Shown piece after piece: positions 52,401-62,500 of a stretch of 64,000 nt of DNA. A program made the position numbers and the translations under genes. The notes under the pieces were generated by a model. That model was not told the DNA's origin. It worked only from the letters and a program-made list of their open reading frames with translations, and ran no database searches. The DNA comes from Amoebophrya sp. A120 (taxonomy: Eukaryota > Protista > Dinoflagellata): NCBI GenBank assembly GCA_905178155.1, contig CAJINV010000012.1, positions 2,825,765-2,889,764 of the forward strand, written 5' to 3'. Numbering within the stretch: position 1 is the first letter of the stretch; each line of letters starts with the position of its first letter.

Positions 52401-54932
52401 GTCGGCCCTCTTTTGTTCTTGCTCGAACTGGTACTGAAGCCGCAGGCAGAGCTTTTGGTAGAACTCGATGCTGTTCTTCTCTGGAGGGGAGTTTGAAGAG
52501 GAACTTGTTCCTCTCAAGTCCGACGGTGGAGAGGAGATCTTCGCTACAATCGACTGCGTACAACTACCTTGTTGCGATGAAGGAACGGCAGCTGGATCGC
52601 GTGTCGTGCCAGGACTGTTTTTACCTGGGTTGGGAAATGGTCGTCCTCGATAGGGCAAATTTAGAAGAAGAAGTCCTGATTCAATACTTATGGGCTCCCA
52701 CCTGGAAAAGGACCGACTCAACATACAACATCTTTGAAAGGAAAGAAAGGATACATGTTGAGAGCCAAAGGTTTCTTTTTTTGGTGATGTCAGAAAAGAA
52801 AAATAAACACACCTTTCTGTTCCTTTCCGTCACCGTTACTATTTGCTTCCCCCGTTGTAATTATATCACCCGCAGTAGTAGTTCCGGATCCTGCCTTGTC
52901 CAGCGGCTTCGCGGCTTCCCGCAGCATGGCCATGTCGTCGTGAGACAGAAACGCCACTTTGCTGTCTATCACAGTAAATTTCCCGTACACGTACAAATGT
53001 GGTCTCTGCATGACAAACTTTTCTTCCAGTCCTATTCAGCATGACAAGTGGCATGCTCCAACTTGGTAAAATGTGTCATGCATTTTGTACACGTATAGGA
53101 AATTTGTATTGCATACTGTCACCGGGAAGATTATCCAACGAAGCTGCTGATCTTCCGATCTTAAATTGTGAATTTTCTTCTCGGATGCTGTCGATATCCC
53201 ACTTCGCGTCAGTTGCGGTACTACTGGTAGTACTGCCACCGCTGCTAATTGATGTAGTAGTAAAAGAAGTCGCGCCACTCTTGCTCGCCTCGTCGCTAGC
53301 ATCCTCGTGATTTTTCCCGACAACTGCCTCAGCAGGCACCAGGCGGAAAGATCCTACCTGCAGAGATGGTGGAGCAACGCAGTTTTTATCAACATCTGCA
53401 GGATCTTTATTTGATATTTCCTCCTTCGGACTTCTCCGATTTTCATTTTCGGGCGTTGAACTCGGACTCGCGTTTTTAGAAGAATTTCCGCTCGCCGGAC
53501 TGCTGGACTTGTTGTTAAGAAAACCGATGCCGTTCAACATCTTCGCGGCCCCGACGTTAGTAGAACCAGTACTGCTACTAGCATTGTTCCCCACTACACC
53601 ACCCGGCTGCACAACCACATGCACGGGTGAGCCGCTCGGTGTACTTCCATTGCTGTTCCGGGTCCGCCACCTGCCGCTCGGCACGCACCCACCTCTACCC
53701 GATCTTCTGCCGCCCTGGGATGTGCTCGAGGTATTGGACAATTGCCCGCTCGATTGCTGCGACTGTTGCGAGAAATTCGACTTTTCAGTGTCTGTTGGGG
53801 AAGCTACATTGCTCCTGGTCGTCGTCGGGTTAGCTTCGATAGAAGAGGAGGTTTTTGATAGATTCTGACATATTTCTCTTTGTTCACTTGCAGAAGAAGA
53901 AGAGGAAGTGATATCTGGTGCAGCACCTCCAGACGCGGCTGCTAAACCAAGAACAGAGTGGTATTCCGAGCGCTCCTGCTGTTTGTTCGTGATTCGGTAG
54001 TTCGGTTTTGAATTCGGACTGCTCTGCTTGTTCATCGGTATGTTGGAATAGAGATGTTGCTGACCTGGCCCAGGCACGGCAGCTCCTACATTTCCTCCTC
54101 CACCTGCTGCACTGGAAGTGCTACTCGAGCTCGACGCGGGTGCTGTGGACGTTTTACTGGAGATTGTTGCTCCATCGCCTACAACTCCACCTCCTGTGTC
54201 TAGCCGGAAGCTCCGAAACGGGTTGTTTATCTGCAGCTTCGAAATATCTACGTCCCGAAGGTTCGTGAAAAAAGAGGGGATAGTTGTAGCAGTACTAGGA
54301 GCTCCTTCTTTATTTTCTTCTGATTGAAACAAGAAGTCGGCTACTTTATTTGCTGTCGGGTTTGTATTGTTCGTCGTCAAGTGTTGTTTAATATTATGGG
54401 TTTCAAAATCGGTAGTATGAGATGTTGTCGACGTCTCAGGTGTTGTAGAATTGGTGGAAGGGTTCTCGTGCAGCGGAGATGGATTCTTTTCAAGATCTCC
54501 GTCACGGATCGATGGGGGGCTACTTTCGCGCACAATCGTATCCTCGGTGTGGAAGAAGTCGCCTTGCTTTATTTCCGAAGGAATATTTGTACCAAGAGCG
54601 TCCGTCTGTGCAAATATGTAGTCCTTGGAGCTGCTCGTCATCGTTATGTTTTGTACTAGGGTTCCTGAAGGTCCTGCTCGTAGTTGTAATACTCCTCCTC
54701 CTGCTGCACAAGAATTATTTCCAGTCGTAATATCGTCATCCAGAGCGGGCGCTACTACACACGAACCGCCACCGCGGTTCAAGGTCGTGGTACTATCGTC
54801 ATCCAGAGCGGGCGCTACTACACACGAACCGCCACCGCCTGCTGTGCTCAGATGCATCGTCGTCTTCGTCGGTTTAATTTTTCCTTGCTGATCCAACTTG
54901 TAGCTTCTTTTTTGTAAAAAAGAAGCACTCAT
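49474..54932 (-). CDS. Hypothetical multi-exon protein with long Ser/Thr/Gly-rich N-terminus
   Basis: 618-aa first ORF; in-frame joins across 50155, 50491 and 50906 (RSGLP|VATRCNRCQASW); stop at 49474; middle introns partly decayed. Confidence 0.6.
50155..50418. mobile_element. Introner family A (reverse of 67-333)
   Basis: TIRs; TSD AAGCC. Confidence 0.9.
50491..50757. mobile_element. Decayed introner family A, now bounded by GT...AG
   Basis: Eroded TIRs; TSD lost; minus strand GTATC...CATAG; in-frame join. Confidence 0.8.
50906..51044. mobile_element. Introner family F (TSD eroded)
   Basis: TIRs; in-frame join RTND|SSSE. Confidence 0.8.
51311..51451. mobile_element. Introner family F
   Basis: TIRs; TSD CTCTC. 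Confidence 0.85.
51521..51732. mobile_element. Introner family I
   Basis: TIRs; TSD AGTGT/AGTGC. Confidence 0.9.
52967..53115. mobile_element. Introner family K
   Basis: Imperfect TIRs; TSD CTGTC. Confidence 0.75.
54731..54838 (-). repeat. Coding tandem duplication (GGGSCVVAPALDDD x2, 63-bp period)
   Basis: TATCGTCATCCAGAGCGGGCGCTACTACACACGAACCGCCACCGC at 54731 and 54794. Confidence 0.85.
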
Positions 54933-56356
54933 AACTTGATCTAAACACTGATACTGTAGGTTGTATCACTGCTCTGCTGGATTATCCCTTTAATTGGCGT
55001 AAGTGTGATTATCCTTTTACTTAATATTCGCAAGGGAAAAAAGTATCTTCTTCGGATGTGGTCTGGTCGTGTGGTGTTCTCAGGCTTCGAAAAGCACCGC
55101 GGCGAAGATTCCTTGGTCAGTAATAGCTCAGCAAAAATGTCGAAGTTGGAAAGCTTGTTTTCCCGCCCAATGAAATAACCGCAACTGCTGGTAGACGCGA
55201 CGGTGCCCGCCGAGAAGAGCGTGAAGATGACGCAGCTTTGTCACAGTGACAGTTGTTTTTTCCCTGCAGCTTCGGTTTCGGAAATAAATGTGGTTTGCTT
55301 TAGCTTTTGTCAGTCAACAGAATGTAAGTTCATTGTATGAAAGTACTAACTGTCTTAGTTTAATTTTGTTGCAGCTCATGCTTAAAGTTACAAACTCTCC
55401 ACCTTTTTTAGGCGTAGCATTCGAAGACTTTTCCGTTCTTTTATCGCAAGTTTTACACGTCGTTCCTAAAGAGTAAGACAGAACAATTGTTGCCTCGCAA
55501 GAATTTATGAAGCATTCCATGTGAGTTCCAAGCCGAAACTCGAATAAAACAAGGAATTTCCGCAGTACTAGCAAAAAGGTCCTTAGGCTTACTACTGTTT
55601 TTCCTCGTAAAGTCGCCTTTCTAAAAATTATCGACGCCGCTGAAAGGCTTTCGTAATCGTAGTTCCCGCTCGTTTTTATGCTCATGCTGACAAAAAAACA
55701 AGTATGCGTGGTCATGTGCTCTGCTGCAGGGACAGAAATTGCCTAGGCTTGAGCAAAGCTCGACTGCGAAGATCAAAGACAGTCGCAAATCAATCTGCAC
55801 CAGATTGTCCAGAGGTGAAACGCAACGCGCAGATCAGACATCGGCAGCGCGATCGCCCTAGCTGCTCGTCGCAACAGACTACACTACGCGTTGAAGGAAC
55901 ACAATAAAATCAGCATACTTACTGAAGCTTCCACATTGATGCGACTCCGTGGCAAACGAAAACGATGAACCACGTGCGTTTCATTTTTCGTGCGCGGGTA
56001 AAAATTTGCACATGGGAGAGGAATAGCAATCTCAAGGCTTTGTGGTTTCACATAGAATTTTGCGAGGGACAACTGCAGCCGGGGAAGAGAGACTACAGGA
56101 TCAACATCATATCACAGGTGTATACATCAAAAACAAAAGTAAACTTTGTTTATTCCAAACGGCAATCACGGTAGAATCTGCTGCTGCGGTGATGTGATCT
56201 AGAATCTTTTGTCTGAGATGGATCGCAGGTTATGTGAGGGGACACATTTGGTTGTATTTTTCGATTGCAGTAGTAAAAATGGTGAAACTGCTGCTTGCTG
56301 CAACATGAGAAGCGCGAGAAAAAGCAAATCGGTCGTGAACAAGGCAGAAACCCACT

Positions 56357-58067
56357 TCACTTTTCCTTCTTCACGTCCTCCTCCGCCGTTGTGGTTTTGT
56401 CGTCATCCTTTTTGTCCTTCATTTCCACCTATGCGCTGCAAACATGTCTGGGTCTGAAAGATTGCGAGATCTGTCATGCTAGCCTGGCATGACTCTGAAC
56501 TCTGTGTTGCGTGGCCACAAACAGCCTCTCTCGGCTGTCATGCAAAAACGCAGCTTCTCATGCGAAATACGCAGCACAGAAGCAGAAAAAGTTTTGGCAT
56601 GCTTCGCGGCGCATTACAGTGTGCTATATTATTGACTGACTTGCATCACAAGGTTCCAGACCTAGACCTACTTGCACTGGATACCACCTCTCCAGCGTCA
56701 TTTTTCGACGGCGACGCTGTCTCGTCGTCGTCTGCACCAGATGCCGAGGAATCTTTCCCCTCCTTCTCCTTCTTCTCTTTTTTTTCCTTCTTTTTTTCCT
56801 TTTTCTCCTCCTTGTATCCTAAGTAAAAACGTCCCCGCCCGACGCGTGTCATCCTACAATCAGGATGGGCTGATCGATTTGTCATGCGACCACACTACCT
56901 AAACACGATGATACTACGATGCCAGACTTGTCATGCGCAACACACAAACCCTTTTTGATTTGTGTAGCCATCAAGTCCCCATCTTTAATACTCCGCAGCG
57001 CGGACGTTTTTACCAAGGATACCTTGCGCTTCTTTTTCTCCTCCTTTGTCAGTCGCTTTTTATCGTCGTAGTCCTCCTCGTCCTCTTCCGGATCGGGCCT
57101 GACGCCAAACACGTAGTACCGGATCACGTCCCAGCCCAACCCGACTAAACAGCAAACCCCGAGGAGATACAGGAAAATCCTCACCCGCGGGCTCTTCGTC
57201 TGCTCGCAGTCACAGCCCATCGCCCAGCTATGAACTGCAAAAGTATCGTACTACTATAAATTGCATGACAAATTCCCTCAGCATGACAAATGCAATTTGT
57301 CATGCTGATTTGCCTTGGGAACGAGATTTGTAATGCGTGTCTGCAATTAGTACGAGTACGATACTTTTGCACAGGATACCAGCAGTTCTTCGCTGACTCC
57401 CACTTGTCCTTCGTCACGTTCACCATCAGTCCCTCCGGATGCTGGTCCGTATGGAGTGCAAATATCCCTGGATGTCTGGAAAGGTCGAACTTGTAATGCG
57501 TGTCTTGCATTCGTGGAGAATTTGTGTTGCATCAACAGCAAATGGGACGCTTCCCTTGCCATGTAAAAACGCTGTTTGTCATGCGTGTTTAGGCATCAGA
57601 AGGCGCTTCGAAAGCTTGTCATGCTTGGCTGCCATTGCAAGCGTTGCAATGATGCGCAATTCAGCATCACAGACTTCCAGACCCAGACATTTTTGCATTT
57701 GATAGTCCGTTTCGATATACAACTCCTCCCCCTCGCCACTGACCCAATCCAGCCCGCCGGTGAACATGGGGATTGACCAGGACTCCGCGATGCGCCGCTT
57801 GTACTCCCCCACCGGGCCGCACCGCTTCGCGAATTCGATCATTTTTTCCGCCTCCACCGCCGTCTCGGCGTTGGACCCGATTTTTTTCAACACCTGGCAT
57901 TGCGGCGAACTATCCGTCTCGTTCACCCGCACTAAAATCTGGGAATCCGCGAAGGCAATGCCGGAGAAGGGGGACAGTTCGTCGGCGCGGGGGCACTCCT
58001 TCACCTTCACGCCTGGACCGGCTTTAGGACCCTGATTTGTAGTTTTTGCGATTTTCATTTCAATCAA
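56357..58067 (-). CDS. Hypothetical single-pass membrane protein with Lys/Glu-rich C-terminal tail
   Basis: Four introner removals give a continuous frame; TM segment IFLYLLGVCCLVGLGW; stop TGA at 56357; start uncertain. Confidence 0.6.
56430..56683. mobile_element. Introner family A
   Basis: TIRs; TSD CCACC. Confidence 0.85.
56815..57021. mobile_element. Introner family B (internally deleted)
   Basis: TIRs; TSD CCTTG. Confidence 0.85.
57229..57378. mobile_element. Introner family F
   Basis: TIRs; TSD CCAGC. Confidence 0.9.
57450..57704. mobile_element. Introner family A
   Basis: TIRs; TSD GTCCG. Confidence 0.9.
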
Positions 58068-59548
58068 TTTCGGCTGGTTCTTCTTCTTGCCATGCAGCGA
58101 TCATGCGCAAGAAATAAAGCAGAACCGATTTGATGCTGTGCAAAAAAGCTCGAAGATGATTGAAACAAAGGAGAAGTCAAAGTAGTACCGTATTGAACTT
58201 GTCATAGTTGTTAAACAAGATCTTCGATCGCCCTCCATCGTATTCGAATGCCGCGTGCACTGGTACTGGCTCCGTCGTCAGGTGCACACCAGCGGCAGTC
58301 AGGGTAATGGCTGCTTTTCGCATGGTTCTCAATTCTTCTATTATTTCAGGTGCTGTCTTACACAACCTTAGTTGCAGCCCGTCGTGGTGCTGTGTGCGGT
58401 ATCTAATAGACTGCCTAACCCTAAAATGAGGTACTTTAGAGTAAATGACGATAAATTTTGTCGCTTTACAAAATTTTTTTTTTTTTTACAAAATATTAGG
58501 GAAACACACGTTTTTGTGCAGGAAAGGGACAGCAATGCACTAATTTTGGATTACAAAAAAGCATGCATGTTTCCAACACGTGCTACAACTAACAACAAAA
58601 ATACACGTTTTGTCTGGCCTGCATGAAAACTGTTGGTCGAAAACAGCCTACTAGTAGTCGCACATAAAGAGTCGTGACTTCCAAACTCAGTATAAAGTTC
58701 CTTTGCTTGCGCGCTTCTCTTCTTCTACCAGGGATCTGATTCTCGTCTTCTTAGAATAGTCATAGTGGCACAGCACTTCACTTCATCTAGTCTTTACCGA
58801 CTCTGCTCTGATCTGCTTTCTTTAGAAAGATTTCGATCGTCAGTGTTTTTTCTGCGCTTCTGAGAGAAATTCGCAGTGCTTTGATATTCAGCCTGTTCTC
58901 TTCATCCTAGTAGGAACACAGCGGGGTCATATGAAATGCTCTTGCCATTCTAGCCGATACCCGGTCAGTACGAACTACTTGTGCTCTTCTTTTTAATTGA
59001 AAAACTTTTACTCAACTCTGCTGTGATAAGTTTAGGAAAATAAGCAGCAGAAAGCGCTTTTTCTTGCTCTGTGAATTATTTGTCGAGGAAAGTGATACTC
59101 CGCCTCAAATGTTGATGACAGGTCGCTGAGCTAGAAAACGAAAATTTTTCTTCGAATGAACGGCGCGACTTGATATTTCTTGCCGCGGCGAAGTTGTACT
59201 GATATACTTTCAAACTAAACACCTTTTGATGCTGACTCTGAAAGCGAGCCTGTTGTAAATATTTCTAGGACGATATCGGCTGCGTCTTAGGTACCGAACT
59301 GCTTTATATCGATAAGTTTTACTAGATTGGGACTTTCAATACTTGTCGCTATTTTTTGGGGAAAATGTACCAAATCGACAGCACAACAGCAGCATCACAA
59401 CAGAGCACGTGCCTTTGGTGCTATTGATGACATCAAATCATCTTCTGCTGGTGTGCAAGATTTTTCTTTTTGTGACGTCGTATGTCGTAGTCGCTACCTC
59501 CTACACAATGATACTTTTCCCTTTTTGATGGACAAACCGGAACCTCTT

Positions 59549-62500
59549 CTATCTTGGCGTCGTCCCGTCCATGTTGACATCCCCATCCTCTGTTACTTCC
59601 GGCGGTGCCATTTTGTAGCCGTGCTCCACCTATCAAGTGCAAAAATGTCTGGGTCTGGGAAAGTGCAAACTTGTCATGCAGATTTTTCATGACCCACGAG
59701 GTGTGGAGTGCGGGACTTAGCATGACAGACTCTGCGAGGTCTCCGTCTCTCCCATGCCTATCCTGCATGAGAAACTGCCTTCCATCTTGGTCAAAAGTGG
59801 ACAGCTTTTGGCACTCCTGCAACACAGATTTTTGCATGCTTCAGATTTACCATGACAAGTTGCAACCTCCCAGACCCAGACACTTTTGCATTTGATACCA
59901 CCGTGAAAAACTGGTAGATTTTCTTCCGGAGCTCGTGTGCTGGTTTCAAGTCCTTCTTCGTGAACGAAGCTTTTGTGAAGGGGTCCATACCGTCGCCCAT
60001 GGCGATTCGCTCCGCCGTGTCTCTGTTGACGATGTTGCCGGAAGGGAGCTCCACGGGATCGTTCATTACGATGTCCCTGATAGAGTAACAGTTTTGGGTT
60101 TTTGCATGACAGATTCTTTTCCTCATTCGAGACCTGCATGCGAAATTTTCATTTTGGAAAACAAAAAAAAAACTTCAAAAAGTCGTACATTAACGGATCC
60201 ATGTATTCCTCTGGTAGCGAGCCCACTTTCTGCTCGATCGCCGCCAGCTGGTCTTCCGCAGACCCCGTCTGCTCTAGTAATGCTTTGACAAAGCTTGCGA
60301 ACTCCTCAGACAAGTCTTTGCTTATCATGCCGTCGCGGCGGGAAATGCGGACAGCCTTTTCGAAGGTGTTGATGTTCCCCGCTCGAGCGTCGTTGATCAC
60401 GTGGTGGATTACCTGTTTTAATATTTGATGTACGGGACAATAAATACGGTTGGATGTTGCGACGTCGTTCGTGCTGATTTTTCCAATGCGAAAACACATT
60501 GAGTTTGAGATAGCAAAACCTGCATCATTCAACATGGTAGTAGAACTTTCTGTACCTTATCCCTTTCTGTCCTTGCTATGACGACGAGCATCTCGATGAT
60601 GAAAGTGAGCAGTTCCACCGGCTTGAAATGAAACTCGGCGTAATCTTTCTGCCCGCCTTGCTGCTTCAAATTCATGGACTTGGGGCCGACAAGCCTGTGA
60701 GAGTTGTTGTGTCCTCGTTCATGCAATAATCATAATGTCCAATCCTGCATGACAGAAGCTATTTCTCATGCGCAGCGCTGCAACAGAAAAAATGTATCAA
60801 ATACCTGTCCATGCAGGCATTCAAACAGTTCTGGACCATCTGCTGCAGAACCACGGATATCCTGTGCAAAAGTATCGCACTCGTAGTAATTGCAGTCATG
60901 CATTACAAATATTTTTATCAAGGCAAATCCGCATTACAAATTCCATTTCTCATGTTTAGGAAATTTGTATTGCAATTCATACTAGTACGATACTTTTGCA
61001 ATGCATAACGGATTTTTTCGTCACGATATTACAGTGAAAAATGCCACCACCCCGGAATTTACAAAAGTTTCTCATGCAAAGTTTCCAAGTGAAAGCTTTT
61101 TGTCTTGCATGAGAGGACTACGAGCGTTTCTGATGCAGAATCTAGGTGCGCGAGCTATCTTTTGCATAACAGATCCGGCTACTGGTGGGCTCCTTTGCAA
61201 CACAGATTCAAGCTATTCAGCATGGAAAATTTGTGATGCTGATACATGCAAGACGGGGAATGTTTCTATTGGAAAGGTTTGCAATATAAAGGGTGCCAAG
61301 CTTGGGGTAGGGGCATTTCTCATTGTGATACACGATTTCCGGTGTTTCTTTCACGATGGAGTGCAGGGTCTTAATCGTCCGGAACCCTAATTTCATGTAG
61401 GTGACGCAGTGCTCCTTGGGGTCTCTTCTGGATCTTCTGTACAAATCCTCGCCCTGCTCGTTCCTTTCGTCGTCCTCCATGCCACCGCGGTCGACGCCGA
61501 CGCCTTTTATTTAGTGGAATTAGTGATGCAAAAACTACACGAAGACAGTGTCAAAGAAAATGAAAAATGCAGTTTATGCATGACAGACACAGAATCAATG
61601 ATCACGTTCTTGAAAACACGCTCTATACCAGCCGCCGCCGTTTCCATCAACTCCTCGTCATTGATCTGCTCCCCTCTGGCTCTTCTCTCGGCCAACACTT
61701 TCCGTTTTCTTATCGATGCCAACGTGTCCATGCCCTCATCCAATTGCACCGTCGCATCCGACATCAGCAAGTTCAGGAACTTCAAAAAATCGTCCTCCTG
61801 TTCGGATGCGAAATTTCTCAAATTTTTCCGGTGTAGCTCACTGGACTGGTTCCCAGAAATCAACAACCCGAAGAGTTCCATGATGGGCACGCGGAGCTGG
61901 TATTTCAGCTGCATCCTGATATCGTAATAACTTTGTTTTGTTTTCTCCACCGCGTTGAAAACGAGCAAGCACGAGGGGATGATGTTCTGGACCACCGGCT
62001 TGAATTCCTGGAGTCTCGTCGCCCACCGCTGGGACTTGATCAAAAAGCTAATAATGTTCACCACTTTCCCCCGGGTACTCGGGTTCTTCACGTGGTCGCC
62101 CGCGCCGAGGAAGAAGACGAGCAAGAGTAAGAGACTGTCCACATCTACCCTTTGGTAAAACGGGTGCTGGGTCGTTGGTGGGTACTGCACGTCGCGGAAA
62201 TATTCCAAAATCGCGACGAGATTCTCCACCAAGCACGCCGGCAGGACCGACCACTCGGGGGAAACCTGCTTCGGGGGGATCGTCACATTCGTGAACGCCG
62301 CTGCTGGTCTATCCGGGTTGTCGGCGAACTTCGGCTTGCATTCCGGGTAAGCGGCGGCGAGTAAGTACAGTTATGGGACTGTCAGGATCGAAATCGACAA
62401 AGTCGAAAAATTTGTAATGCATAAAATGTAGAGCACGTATGGCCTGTGTTGGGGAGCAAGCAAATGAGACCGGTGGCAGGCCTGTTTAGGGGAAGGCGTT

